From Stegostoma tigrinum (taxonomy: Eukaryota): DNA of 64,000 bases. Each line of letters starts with the position of its first letter. Positions within the stretch are counted from its first letter, which is position 1. Made by a program: the position numbers and the translations under genes. Under the pieces are notes generated by a model. That model saw nothing but the letters and a program-made list of their open reading frames with translations, was not told the origin of the DNA and ran no database searches. Location of the stretch: positions 87,694,458-87,758,457 of the forward strand of contig NC_081358.1 of the NCBI RefSeq assembly GCF_030684315.1, given 5' to 3'. Positions 11,860 through 24,690 of this stretch are shown here, in pieces.

Positions 11860-13403
11860 CAGAGATAATGGGAACTGCAGATGTTGGAGAATCTGAGATA
11901 ATGAAGTGTGGAGCTGGATGAACACAACAGGCCAAACAGCATCTTAGGAGCACAAAAGCTGGCGTTTCAGGCCTAGACCCTTCATCAGAAAAGGGGGATG
12001 AGGAGAGGGTTCTGAAATAAATACGGAGAGAGGGAGAGGCAGACTGAAGATGGATAGAGGAGAAGATAGGTGTAGAGGAGAGTATGGGTGGGGAGGTGGG
12101 GAGGGGATAGGTTAGACCAGGGAGGAAGGACAGTCAAGGGGGTGAGATGAGGTTAGTAGGTAGGAAATGGAGGTGCAGCTTGAGGTGGGAGGTGGGGATA
12201 GGTGAGAGGAAGAACAGGATAGGCATGCGGGGATGAGCTGGGCTGGTTTTGGGATGCCGTGGGGCATTTCACTCCCCCACATCCCAGATGTCCTCGTTCT
12301 TCAAGGGACGCAACATCCTCCCCACAGGGGTTGAGTATGCCCTCGACTGTGTCTCCTGCATTTCCCGCACCTCATCCCTCACACCCTGCCCTCACAATAA
12401 CCGCCTAAAAAGAATCCCCCTCGTCCTCACATACCACCCCACCAACGTCCGGATACAATGCATCATCCTACGACACTTCTGCCATCTACAATCCCACCCC
12501 ACCAACAAAGACATTTTTCCCACCCCACCCTTGTCTACCTTCCGGAGAGATCACTCTCTCCATGACTCCCTTGTCCTCTCCACACTCCCCTCCAACCTCA
12601 CCACACCTGACACTTTTCCCTGCAACTACAGGAAGTTCTACACCTACCCCCACACCTCCTCCCTCACTCCCATCCCAGGCCCCAAAAAGACTTTCCACAT
12701 CAAGCAGATGTTTATCTGCACATCCGCCAATGTGGTATACTGCGTCCGCTGTACCTGGTGTTGCTTCCTCTACATTGGGGTAACCAAGCGGAGGCTTGGG
12801 GGCCGCTTTGCAGAACACCTCCACTTGGTTCGCAATAAACAACTGCACCTCCCAGCCACGAACCATTTTAACTCTCCCTCCCACTCCTCAGACGACATGT
12901 CCATCCTGGGCCTCCTGCAGTGCCATAATGATGCCGTCCATAGATTGCAGGAATTGCAACTCATATTCCGCTTGCGAACCCTGCAGCCCAATGGTATCAA
13001 TGTGGATTTCACCAGCTTCAAAATCTTCCCTCCCCCCACTGCATCCCAAAACCAGCCCAGCTCATCCCCACCTGCCTAACCTGTTCTTCGTCTCAACTAT
13101 ACCCTCCTCCCACCCCAAGCCGCACCTCCATTTCCTACCTACTAACCTCATCCTACCCCCTTGACCTGTCCCTCCTTCCCGGACTGACCTATCCCCTCCC
13201 TACCTCCCCACCTATACTCTCCTCTGCACCTATCTTCTCCTCTATCCATCTTCAGTCCGCCTTGCCCTCTCTCCCTATTTATTTCAGAATCCTCTCCCCA
13301 TCCCCCGTTTCTGATGAAGGATCTAGGCCTGAAACATCAGCTTTTGTGCTCCTGAGATGCTGCTTGGCCTGCTGTGTTCATCCAGCCCCACACTTTGTTA
13401 TTA
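11860..13403 (+). mobile_element. Neptune-type PLE with inverted 5' pLTR (minus arm ~11860-12260, plus body ~12261-13403)
   Basis: The body encodes the thumb/linker and GIY-YIG (VVYCVRC...LYIGVTKRRLGGRFAEH). Hammerhead variants at 11961-11988 (-) and 13311-13338 (+). TSD TGGTTGAATGG at 11849-11859 and 13404-13414. Confidence 0.93.
12261..13079 (+). pseudogene. 5'-truncated PLE ORF: RT thumb/linker + GIY-YIG endonuclease
   Basis: ORF 12249..13079. The Cys knuckle is degenerate (CNYRKFYTY versus CNRRKCYTC in younger copies). Confidence 0.88.
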
Positions 13404-13557
13404 TGGTTGAATGGTAGGATGCTTTGAGCCATCAGGAATAAATTAGTGAATGACAAGGACTAGACAAAATAAAAAGCAATTAGGCTCAGCAATTCTGCTT
13501 CTCTCTCAAACCAGGTATAATAAAATATTGCAGTGGCACATTTTTGAGCCTTATTTT

Positions 13558-14615
13558 GTAGTGGTAGCCTCCATAGCATCTGGGCCAAAAAATCCTATTT
13601 CACAGAAACTCAGATCAGGAGTAGGCCATTTACTTCCAGTCCCAAATGCACTGAATATGTGTCGTAATATGACACACAAAGTTGATCAAAAATAATTTTC
13701 AAGGGGCTTATAGCATGGTAGTAGTGTTCCTACCTCTGAATGAGAAGGTCAGTGTTCAACTTCACTTGCACTCGAAATATGTCATAGCTGTTTGAACAAG
13801 ATGGGGTCATAGAGTCATGGAGCTGTACTGCATGGAAACAGACCCTTCAGTTCGACTCGTCCATACTGAGCAGATACCCGAAATAAATCTCATCCCATTT
13901 CCCAAAATGGCCACATCCTTCTAAACCCTTCCTATTCATATACCCATCCAGATGGTTTTTAAATGTTGCAATTGTACCAGCCTCCGCCACTTCCTCTGGC
14001 AGCTCATTCCATACACCCACTATCTGCTACATGAAAATTCGCCCATTAGGTCCCTTTCAAATCTTTCCCCTCTCACTTTAAATCTATGCCCTCTATTTTG
14101 GACTCCCCCATCCTGAGAAAAAGACCTTTTCCATTTAGCTATCCATGCCCTTCATGATGTTATAAACCTCTGTAAAGTCATCCCTCAGCCTCCAACACCC
14201 CAGGGAAAATAAGCCCAGCCTATTCAACCTCCCCCTATAGCTCCAACTCTGGCAACATCTTCGTAAATCTTTTCTGAACCCTTTCAAGTTTCAAACTGAT
14301 ACTTCCGATAACAGGGAGATCTGAATTGCATGGAGTATTCCAAAAGTGGCCTAACAACAATTTAAAATACTTTATGGCACTGCAGTAGCAGCCCTACCTC
14401 TGGGCAGAATGTCCTGGTTAAACTCCCACCTGTCTTGGAGATATAACATTTGAACATGTTGATTAAAAATAAGTATAACTGCCCTGGCAAATACTTGAGG
14501 GTCTCACAGTGAAATTGTAGTGTTCCTACCTCTGGTGCAGAAGGCCTGGATTTTACATTCTCCTATCCCAGAGATCTATTATAACATGTCCAAACAAGTT
14601 CATTGTTGTATTTTT
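13558..14615 (+). repeat. Cluster of four tRNA-like SINE heads (~13558-13695, 13712-13800, 14375-14470, 14507-14615)
   Basis: Recurring unit gtagtgttcctacctctg..cagaaggt..gttcaa..cccacc..gagat..taacatg..tgaaca.gttgattaaaaata. Further copies at ~11550-11640 and ~26915-27012. Confidence 0.65.
13807..14357 (-). mobile_element. CR1 LINE 3' fragment
   Basis: The plus strand begins catagagtcatggagctgtac..ggaaacagaccctt (reversed CR1 3' end) and continues into C-terminal ORF2 homology. Confidence 0.85.
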
Positions 14616-16002
14616 AAAACAATAAACCACCTGCTTTTCAATGAGATAACATTTTGCCGTCACTCTAAAAGCATGGAAACATTGTTTTATGTCATATTTG
14701 ATCACTTTGGTTTTTATCCACCATGTGGTGCCTTTTGAAAAAGATGCATTGTGCTAATACACTCATTTGCTGTCTCAGTTAGGAGAATGGTTAGATGTGG
14801 GTGTGGATTAATACACAATGTGTAATGTGATTTTGTTATAACATGCAGTAAACATAGACCAAGGCCTTTCAGCACCAATAGTTCTAATGTTTTGTCATCT
14901 GTGATCTTGAATTAACAACAAAGAGTGGAATGAGGTTGTATCTGATAAGGGACCATTCTGGCCTATTTATACTCAATAATAACCTTTAGTTGGATTCAAT
15001 TCTCATTCGAGTTGTTTTGACTTTCACCAGTATTGTTCTCCGTGGAGCTGAATCATGGTTTGTTAGTTGCCAGTTTGTACACCTGCTGAGCACATTATCA
15101 TACTGTAGGTAATATCCCTGTCAAGGCAAATTCACATGTACTGGATTAACAAGTGCAGATAATTTGTACACTAATATAATTTTCAATATCTCTTTCATCA
15201 ATGGAAATGCTAAGGATTGGTGTGGTTGTTATTTGGCAGCTGTGCAAAATGCTAATAAGGAAGAGAGTTTGTAATTAAAATAGTTAAATTGAATGAGTAA
15301 TGCAGTACATTTCATACACAAACAAATTATTTGAGTAAGTAGGCAATATTGATTTTTACATCCATATCAGATGAAATAGATTAAATCCTCCAAGCCAGAA
15401 CTAGCAGTGAGAAGCAGGATGTTTTCGAAATCATGCGCCGTATTTGATAGGTGTAGACAAGATACCTCATCACCAATACCAATTCAGAAAAAGTAAATAC
15501 CCACACATCCTTCATTATGAAGTAGCTAAAAAATTTAAAGCAGAAAACAGAAAATAAGTTTCCATTGTTAGGTATAAGCTAGCTCCCTTGTTTTGGTGTA
15601 TACATGCAAATGTTCACACTTATGTTGTTTCTCTCACATCATTAAGTATTTGTCTCATTTGTTCCATGAATGTTTTGTTTCAATTTTTGTTTTATCACAT
15701 TAATGTGATTAATGTATTGGCAGTCATTGCACTCCTGGATAATTTCAAGAGCTATTTCAAAACTAGATACTTAAAGGTACTTGAAATCGAGATAGACTTA
15801 ATCCTTTCTGGATTCTTTTTCTCTGTAGTAATAGCTGGAATGTTCTCCCTGTTCCTGATAATTTGAGCTAAATCTAAAAACTCAACAGGAACCGAATCAT
15901 GAGAGCGGACCATACTTACTTACTTACCACTCTACTTCTATAATGTAATACTCAATGATGAAAGCAAAATTGCACTTAGTTTAATTTTTAATGTTAGTTT
16001 AA

Positions 16003-16290
16003 CGTGACATGGTGGCTCAGTGGTTAGCATTGCTGCCTTACAGTGCCAGGGACCCGGGTTTGATTCCACCCTTGGGCGACTGTCTGTGTGGAGTTTGCAC
16101 ATCCTCCCTGTGTCTGCTTGGCTTTGCTTTGGTTTCCTCCCACAGTCCAAACATGTGTAGGTTAGGTGGATTGGCCAGGGATGTGTAGATTAGGTGGGTT
16201 ATAGTGGGATGGGTCTGGTTGGGCACTCTGAGGGTCTGTGTGGACTTGTTGGGGCTGATGGGCCTGTTTCCACACCGTAGGGTTTTCTAT
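16003..16290 (+). mobile_element. HE1-type V-SINE
   Basis: tRNA head ggtggctcagtggttagc..gggtttgattcc, V-domain tctgtgtggagtttgcac..ggtttcctcccacagtccaaa, and CR1-like tail ggcctgtttccacac.gtaggg.ttctat. Confidence 0.9.
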
Positions 16291-16650
16291 TGAAAAGAAT
16301 TTTGCTTATTTGGAGCACTTGTAAAAAAGCTCATTGACTGTAATATCTCTGTTATGTGAGTCTCAAAACAATATTGTGAAAACAGTTTTTGTGCACTTGG
16401 AGATTAATAAATGAAAGGATGACAAGGCAATGATATTTAGTTATAGTTCATTGTCGTTTTTGAAGAAAATAGCATCATATTATACTAAATGAGTCTTCTC
16501 AGAGGTTACGTGGAAATTATTTGTCCTCCCTGAGGCATATTTGGAGATGGAGGATTCATTTAACTAGGCAGCAAGTTTGCAGACAGGAACAATACCACCT
16601 CCCCTTCCAACTTCTGCTCTAGGGCATGAAAACAATTGGGCAATAGACAG

Positions 16651-16872
16651 GGATATGAGGAACTGCAGATGCTGCAGAATCTGAGATAACAAGTTTAGAG
16701 CTGGATGAACACAGCAGGCCAAGCAGCATCAGAGGAGCAGGTTTTGGCTCTAGGCTCTTCTTCAGGATCTTCTTCAGACCCTTCTCTCTGAAGAAGGGTC
16801 TAGACCCGAAACATCAGGTTTCCTGCTCCTCTGCTGCTTGACCTGCTGTGTTCATCCAGCTCTACACCTGGA
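16651..16872. mobile_element. Palindromic (fold-back) PLE pLTR mini-element
   Basis: Two inverted pLTR tails joined at the hammerhead (plus core CTGAAGA..GGGTCTAGACCC GAAACATC at 16788-16815). TSD CAATAGACAG at 16641-16650 and 16873-16882. Confidence 0.88.
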
Positions 16873-18957
16873 CAATAGACAGTTAATGCCCTGTCAAGGA
16901 GTCACCTGCTACTGTTGATATTCAAACACCAGCAAGAGTGGGATTTTGCGTGCCAAGACCCCAAAAACCTGTTGCATTTGTTTGTGAACCCCTGAGTGGT
17001 AGGAGATGACCCTTATGCAAATTGACTCAAAAGCCTGTAAGGGAGACCCAAAATTGGGAGTATGGGCCCTGCACAGGGCCATCCCCTAGCCCTGTTGCAG
17101 AACCCCTTGTCCTGGGAATCCCATTCTGCCAATGCTCACCTTCATTCCTTGACTATCCTAATCTTCTGGTTACTGTGTAATTACCACATATTGGAGAAAT
17201 TCAGTATGTCTGGCACCACTCCTGACCTGGCACAGCCTGTGGTCTCTGGTAGGTCGACAGTTCTTAGTGGGTTGGGTTTGTTTTCTTTGTGACCTTGCAC
17301 CCAGTGAAGGCCCATCACAGACACGTAAATTACCCGAGAGGCAGTGAACTTGGCAAGCCTTCTCCAAAAGGAAACAGCAGGGGCACTTACTGACTCTGCA
17401 GCAGATGGGCAAAGCCTTGCCATCTCCATTAAAGAACATTTCAAATGTCAGATATTCCATAGAGAATAATACAATATTGAGGCAGCCCAGTACAAGGGAG
17501 AGAGAGAGGAATGTGTGATATGACTTCCCAGATCTTCAAATCATTCTTCTCGCGAACAAGAAGGTAAATATTACAGCTGGAAACATCTATTGACATTTAA
17601 TTAATCAGTAAGATGAATCTTTCCAAATGAAGTTAAACAGTGATGATTAATGTTTATCATTCAAAAATTTAATCTGACATAAACCAAATCACACAGGGAA
17701 CCGACAACATCAATTTAAACACTGTCAAATGTTTTGATAATCTTACATTTTATAGCACATCTTTTTTCTGCAGATACATTTGTCCATGTTGTGCCTGAAA
17801 TATGAGACCTGTATTAGCCTGGAGTTGGGAATTGGACAGGGCAGAGCCATGGCCATGTTCGAGACTTTAAATCCTGGGATTCATAAACAGTACATGGTCT
17901 GATAAGTGCCAAGAATCGACAGGAAGTGGTGGCATGTGAGTGCAGAATGTTGGCAGCAGGAAGTCATGAAAGGGAAGTCAAGGAAGTTTTGAGATAAAAA
18001 AAAATAGGAATACTCAAGATTGGAAATTAAGACAAAGTTCTGGTGCAGCTCAGCAGGTCTGGCAGCATTTTGTTGAGAGTAAAAGAGGGTTCATATCTGA
18101 GTTTAATATGATTTCTTCAGAGCGTTTCAAATCTTACTTCATTCAGCCTCTTCTAGTCCCAGCTGTTTTTCTCACTCATGAATTCACTGCAAAGTCCTCA
18201 ACTTTAAAAAAAAGTTTGACTCTGAGCCCAGTTTCCATTTTTAGTGAAGAGAGATCCATTTGTTTCATATGGCCCTCTTGCCATCTTTGCAGAACAGCAG
18301 AGCCTCCTGTTCAATTTGAACTCTAAACAGTGCATCACTCCACAGTTAGAAACCCATTCAGGCGACAACAGGCAATATTTCATATTAAAGTTTTTAATGT
18401 AACAGAGCATTTAATTTCAGAATGAAATAATGGCTTAATTAATCATAAGGTTATCTCTATGAATGAAGTTGGCAATAAAACATTGGAATTTTCAACCAGT
18501 TAGCTCTTTTCAATAAGTGGCTGTGATGTTTAGTTGCTTTTAATATTTATATTTAAAGCATGTGCCCACTCATGAATTGAAATCATGAAGGATATTGAAT
18601 TAGGCCTGGTGGGGTAATCTTCTCATTATTTTGCTGACAGCACCATAGAATGCACTTTTGATGTCATTTGCATGTATTGTATTGGAACATAGGTGCTAAT
18701 GAGTCATAGGTGCTAATGTTTACTGGCAAAACTTAAAAGAAGCACGAAAATTTGAACGCTGATCCCTGTAGAAGTGAGTTGAGCTTGTGTGCTCGCTCAG
18801 ATTGAGTGATTCAGTAGAATGCATAGATTTTAGCCCCTTCAAACTGAAACTCCTCAGTGAACCTAATTTCATCTAGGCATCTCAATGTCAATGCTGTACC
18901 TTCCTGAAATTTTGATTATTATTCAAAGACCTTGACACACCACCATTTATGTAATTC

Positions 18958-19060
18958 TAGTTCTGAAGAAAAGTCACTGGACCTGAAACATTAACTTGGC
19001 TTTGTCTCCACAAATGCTGCCTGGACCTGCTGAATTTCTCTAGCAATTTCTGTGTTTTTT
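18958..19060 (+). mobile_element. Family-B PLE pLTR beginning at a hammerhead motif
   Basis: agtt-CTGAAGA-aaagtcactggacct-GAAAC-ATT-aact; stem I can pair AGTT/AACT. Confidence 0.7.
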
Positions 19061-19270
19061 TTTCTGGTTATAATGGCTGTTCTGGACCCTGGTCTTGCAT
19101 TAGTTGCTAGAATTATTTGACATTTCATGAAATGAGCTTCATATGATGCTAGTAATCTCGTTTACATTTCAAACAGATTTAATGGATGGCCGATTGGGTG
19201 CAGTAAACTGGTAGATGCACAGGAGCAGGAAGCACAAGACTTCTGGCATAAAACCAGGAAGGACTGTGGA

Positions 19271-19363
19271 AGAGATAATGGGAACTGCTGATGTTGGAGA
19301 ATCCGAGATAACAAAGAGTGGAGCTGGATGAACACCGCAGGCCAAGCAGCATCTTAGGAGCAC
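19271..19363 (-). mobile_element. PLE pLTR tail fragment (no hammerhead)
   Basis: agagataatgggaactgc..ggagctggatgaacac.gcaggccaagcagcatcttaggagcac. Confidence 0.85.
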
Positions 19364-19455
19364 ATACGGCTGCCCTGAAACGATGATCAATTATTTGCAC
19401 ATTTCAAAATGGCATGGTGGCCAGAGCAATACAAACTAGTTTATTATTGGATGCC

Positions 19456-19675
19456 GAGATAGTAGTAACTGCAGATGCTAGAGAATCTGAGATAACAAGG
19501 TATAGAACTGGATGAACACAGCAGGCCAAGCAGCATAAGAGGAGCAGGAAGGCTGAAGTTTCGATTCTACATCCTTCATTTCTGAAGGAGGATCTAGGCC
19601 CGAAATGTCAGCATTCCAGCTTCTCTGATGCTGCTTGGCGTGCTGTGTTCATGCAGCTCTACACTTTGTTATCTC
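19456..19675. mobile_element. Palindromic PLE pLTR mini-element
   Basis: Inverted tails meet at decayed hammerheads (~19555-19610). TSD TTATTA(T/A)TGGATGCC at 19441-19455 and 19676-19690. Confidence 0.88.
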
Positions 19676-19779
19676 TTATTAATGGATGCCTTTCCTGTCA
19701 CCGTTTGTGTAAAGACTACACCTCCATTTGCCAGGCAGCCCACAGCTATGCTCCAATATACATTCAAAGACCTTGACAA

Positions 19780-20000
19780 ACCACTACGCATATAATTCAG
19801 GATAGACAACATACCAACTTCTTCAATGTACAAAGGCTTAAGCCTTGAATAGTTAATGAGCAAATACTGAGTGAACTGATCTTCATATACGAACGCATTA
19901 TCCTAGCTCAGGCCCCAGCGGACATACAACTGCTTGTTGATCACATTGCCCGAGTGTCAGAACACTTTGGCCTGACAGTAAGTCTGAAGAAGTCATAGAT
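19780..20000 (+). mobile_element. Ancient RTE-clade LINE RT fragment
   Basis: Reads ..FFNVQRLK..ILSELIFIYERIILAQAPADIQLLVDHIARVSEHFGLTVSLKKS*, similar to the RTE ELLFADD..LQ.LVD.F......FGLTVSLKKT motif. Confidence 0.65.
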
Positions 20001-20560
20001 CTACTGTCTGGCGAGCATTCTCTCCAATTGCAGTATCCTGGGTGACAAATTCAAACATCACAAGCAAAAGCACGCTCAGTGTTTTGCCGGCTCACTTTCA
20101 CATTTTAGAAAATAATTGAGGAGAAGAGAATCAAGTATCTTCAGGACCAGCTAGTGTGACGTAAAACCAACACTGACAGTAAATATTATACATGCAATCA
20201 ATTATGCAAATCAAGACTTGACCTAACGTCATATGAGACAGCATCAACTTAGAATGTAAACCCAGTTTGCTGAACACTCATCCACTGAAATGATGGGAGT
20301 GGTTGTATGACATTTGTCATGAGCTTTGTAAAAGAAAGTATTTTTAGGGGTGACACGAAAAAGAGAGAGAAGAAATTGAACATTGCCTGGGACTCATTAT
20401 TATCCATGTGTGCATTGAAATCCCTGCCAAATTTGTCACTTTTTATTTGAAGTTTGCAGTGGCTACAGGAAGCACCTTGCAAGTATAGATTGGGACATAA
20501 TACTTGTTTACTGATATTCCCCAGGCATGCATTCCCAATGTGGGAAACAGAAACCAGAAC

Positions 20561-20846
20561 CTCATCCCACCTCCTTGACCTGTCCGCCTTCCCTGGACTG
20601 ACCTATCCCCTCCCTACCTCCCCACCTATACTCTCTCCACCTATCTTCTTTTCTCTCCATCTTCGGTCTGCCTCCCCCTCTCTCCCTATTTATTCCAGAA
20701 CCCTCACCCCATCCCCCTCTCTGATGAAGGGTCTAGGCCCAAAACGTCAGCTTTTGTGCTCCTGAGATGCTGCTTGGCCTGCTGTGTTCATCCAGCCTCA
20801 CATTTTGTTGTCTTGGATTCTCCAGCATCTGCAGTTCCCATTATCT
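20561..20846 (+). mobile_element. Solo 5'-truncated young PLE pLTR
   Basis: Hammerhead variant at 20721-20748 (GAAA changed to AAAA). TSD CAGAAACCAGAAC at 20548-20560 and 20847-20859. Confidence 0.92.
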
Positions 20847-21399
20847 CAGAAACCAGAACTGCTTTAGTTTCACGATTTTGCAGTGAAGCAATAAGTTGGA
20901 TCAAAACATTAGATATGGAAAGAAATTGGAAGAAGCACTCTTACATACCAGTGCTTCCACAGTCCTTCTGATCATCCTCCCTGCTACCCTGAATCCCTCG
21001 CCCCTATGTCACTTGCTCCATTCCTCCTTCCAGCACTGAACATTTGCCTTCTTCAAATGGCCAAGCTTCCTGTAGAGGCTTTGCAGGCAGGGGCAGCTTC
21101 TGCACCATATATTGATGATATCCAGGGGTCAACTTTCAGCCAAGTGTCAGGTCTACCAATTGCGTGTGCACTGCTGACACACCACGGTTATATATCAATA
21201 TATTTGCTCCATATTTTGTTGCTGAATTAATCCCTTTGATACAAAGATTGGGAATAATTACAATGCAATAATATTATTCAGGGGGTTCTGGAAATGTCAT
21301 TACCTATTCATCGTTTATAAGATGGAGATCATTCAAATTTCAGTGAAAGGAAAGATTATGAACACGATGGGGAGTTACAGGGAGAGTGACCATGCCAGG

Positions 21400-21510
21400 T
21401 TACAGTGATGGGATGAGGCGTGGGTCTGGGTGGGATTGTTTTCAGAGGGTTGGTGCAGACTCAGTGGGCTGAATTGCCTCTTTTTGCATTGTAAGTATTC
21501 TATGATTCCA
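21400..21510 (+). mobile_element. HE1 SINE 3' fragment
   Basis: gggtctgggtgggattgttttcagagggttggtgcagactc..tgggctgaat.gcct..attctatgattc. Confidence 0.7.
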
Positions 21511-22543
21511 CGAGAGTTGCTGAATGGGCTGCCCACTTGCAATCAACTGTCACAGTCCCACAAAATCAAGACTACCTTCAGCGTTGTTAATGTAGCATAA
21601 ATGTTCGAAAACTTAGGAGAAAACACACATCAAGATCCTACTGCTATAACTGTATTAATGTTCAAATCCATTCAAAAAGATGAAAGACTTTAAAAGGATT
21701 TTCATTAACTAGATTCTAAAGTGAATTTGAGGCATTAAATTGAGATGTGAACACATGCAATTAACAGAATCTAAAAGTATAAACTGAGTCACCCACCATT
21801 AGAATAATTCTTGTATGCGTTATACTTTGAATTTTTAACCTGTACAAATAAATTGCAACATTGCACATTCTGACAAGTATTGAGTCCTATATTAAAATGA
21901 TAATACTCAAATTTTGAACATGTCCTTTTAATTTTATTGTCAAATGTCCACATATGCCAATACTCCTACTCTGAATGAGAGTCTCCCACTTTAGACCTAC
22001 ACTTCCACCTCCCACACAGGTAATATTTCTCTTACTTTCTAAACACAGACTAAAATTCACAATATGATTATGTTGTTGCAATGATTCATGCTGGTAGCAT
22101 GACTCATAGAACCTGTTATCATTATAGTATTTATTGTGTTTTGGCTGTTGAACCCACAAAAGTGGCTTCATCATTATGTAACCATGAAAATGTGTTGAAT
22201 TATGATATAGGTCATTTTATAAACTTGCATCTTTAAAATTGATGCTTTTGCCACCAGATTAATGCCATTAATGGTGATTTAACGCACAGCAGAGTGGGCT
22301 ACATGCAGCCTGCTATCTTCCATTTTAACAATGTGGCTTTGGCCCTGTTGAATCTTGAAAAGTCAAATGGAATCCATACAATGTCACTAACAAACATCTT
22401 GCGATGCAGAAGATGTCTGGTTTTGATCCTCTGCAAAACTCATCAGCAATGCTATGAGCCATAGCAGATGTATACATGGAAAATTAAGCCTCTCTAATAG
22501 AAGAATGTGGGTCAGAACAGTGCATGGAATACAATAATTATAA

Positions 22544-22745
22544 TAGAAAATGCTGGCGAAAATCTTCCGGTCTGGCAGCATCTGTGGAGAGAGAAACAGA
22601 GTAAATGTTTCAAGTCTGATATGAATTTAATCAGTCTTGATATGTTAACTCTATTTCTCTCCCCACAGATGCTTTCAGACCTGCTGAGTTTCTCCAGAAT
22701 TTTCTGTTTTTATTTCAGATTTCCAGCATCTTCAATATTTTGCTT
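22544..22745. mobile_element. Palindromic family-B PLE pLTR mini-element (old)
   Basis: The arms ggtctggcagcatctgtggagagagaaacagagt and actctatttctctccccacagatgctttcagacc are reverse complements. The centre is a deleted hammerhead region and the right arm has an extra tail. Confidence 0.75.
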
Positions 22746-23249
22746 AAATTCCAAGGAAATCAATGCCTGATTCTTGCATGTGAAGGAGGTAAATACAGCG
22801 ATACAATTTGCTATTTTGGATGTATTTGTAATAATTAAATACCTGAATCTATAATGATAGTTGTCCTTTTGTTTATAGGCACAGGTCAGCAGCGCTACAA
22901 CTGGGATGATGTTATACCTCAACTCGGACACCCATTTTTAGTATCACATGGAGTGAGTTGAATTGATTAAAGACTTGTGATTCTGATGATATGGATCTCT
23001 GGCAAGAGCTAAGATGGATCAAACATTTGGCACTTTTGACTGAGGATGATTGATAAGGTTAGGCAATTCATCGTACCATTCCTTCCAATCATTCTTGAAA
23101 TGTCGATTGATATTCGTGATTAGCTGAAAAAGGAATTGAGAGCTTTGATCTGATTGATTGTGGAATCACTCTGTTTTGCCTATAACAAGCTGTTTCTGTT
23201 GTTTAGCACATATGTAGCTTCATCAGAGTAGCATTTTTAGTTATGCTTG

Positions 23250-23645
23250 ATGTGTTCCTGCCATGCTTTCTTACTCTCCTCATCGTACCAGGACTATTCC
23301 TCTGCTCATATAAAAGTAGTAGAGGAACCGATATTCAGAGCTGTGTGGATATAGATTGTAGTAGAATGCAATGCTATTATTGTTCAGTGTACATAGTGCT
23401 GTGTGGATGGTCAGTGTTAAGTTTCCTGATCTTTTCTAAATTATCCCATTGAGCATGGAGGGACAGCCCACACAACACAGTGGAGTGTGACCTCTGGGAA
23501 TATGGGAGTTGTTTTCACAAAAACTATATAGCAGTCACCCCTACCAACCCAGCCATTGAAGGATATATCTGCATAAAGTAGACTGATGACAGTAAAGTCA
23601 AGTAGCTTTTTGCTTTGTATTGGCCCTCTCACCATCTGCTGATGG
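23250..23645 (-). mobile_element. Decayed CR1/L2-group LINE fragment
   Basis: Same repeat family as 39240-39800 (shared ..gtcaagta.gttttt.cct..t.ttgg..cc.tcaccacctgc). Confidence 0.5.
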
Positions 23646-24559
23646 TCTAAAAATAAAGGGACATTTTCAAGCATCAATTTTCATAAGAACCCCATTAGCT
23701 GTCACAAAATTGCAGTTTTTATTTGCTTCCATAAAGGATTGCATGAAAGACATAATTGAATTGGAGTGGATTGGCATTAGGGTCAACAAGACCATCTTGC
23801 AATTTCAGATTTGGAACCAATGATCAAAAGTTTCATTTTATAAAATTAAATGACTGTTTTTATCGAAAATTTGACAATGTCTCTATGAGGATAATGTATT
23901 CAACACAAGCGGAAGAATATGCCTCAGTCTACCCTGCTAAACATATTTATTACAAACTGCCAGGCCACAGGAAGATCCCCAGTGCCTTATTTGATTCCTG
24001 TGTGCTAATGACAGCTGCCACTGTCCACCAGTAATAGTAAATGTGGTTTTTCCTGCAACACCCTCATTACTAGATGATTTTCTTATTATTCGTTCCATTT
24101 CTTGTAAATCAGGAGTGCTGTCTTCAAGCACTGATACATAATAAAACACAATGAGAGGCAACATTTAATTTCCACTTTCTTCTCAGTTCACAATCTGAAT
24201 TGTAGCGAACAGAGAAATATGAAGCTAAAACCACATTGTTGTCAAGGACACTGATTTAAGGCTATAAAGAAACTTGAGGACTAGAGGGTCAAAATAAAAT
24301 GTATTGTAAGTTTGGATAATAACTTACAATCCATCTTCCTGCCTGAAACCTACCATAACAATGTTACAAATTCTATAATAACCTAATCGCATTCACAGAT
24401 TTCAAAGCACTTCACACAATTAATTCCTTTTCAAGTACACACACTCAACAGTAAAAGCATAAACCCAGTTTATTTTTTAAAAGTCCAGCGGATAGTGTAG
24501 GCACAATTATAATTGACTAGAATACGCTGTAAAGAACATCTAACATTGTGAATAAATAG

Positions 24560-24690
24560 TAATGATGTGGAGGTGCCAGTGTTGGATTGGGGTGGACTAA
24601 GTCAGAAATTGCATAACACCAGACGTGACACCTGATAAAGGGGCTTGTGATTTCAAATAAACCTGTTAGACTATGACCTGGTGTCAAATG
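24560..24690. mobile_element. Decayed inverted pLTR remnant of a further PLE family (family C)
   Basis: tgtggaggtgccagtgttgga.tggggtggac...aacaccag and cacctgataaagg...aataaacctgttagactatgacctggtgt, with a partial CTGAT(A)A core. The inverted caccag/ctggtg pair is visible. Confidence 0.45.

Noticed and set aside
13558-14615. CRISPR-like repeat/spacer array
   Set aside because: The units are ~100 nt, diverged and SINE-like, there are no cas genes, and the context is eukaryotic.
16005-16080. tRNA-like sequence with A/B boxes
   Set aside because: It is the head of an HE1 SINE and continues into the V-domain and CR1-like tail; not a tRNA gene.
16500-17460. Possible non-autonomous DNA transposon remnants (also ~2150-2680, 27025-27470, 45690-46100)
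   Set aside because: The composition suggests old repeats, but TIRs and TSDs could not be verified by eye.
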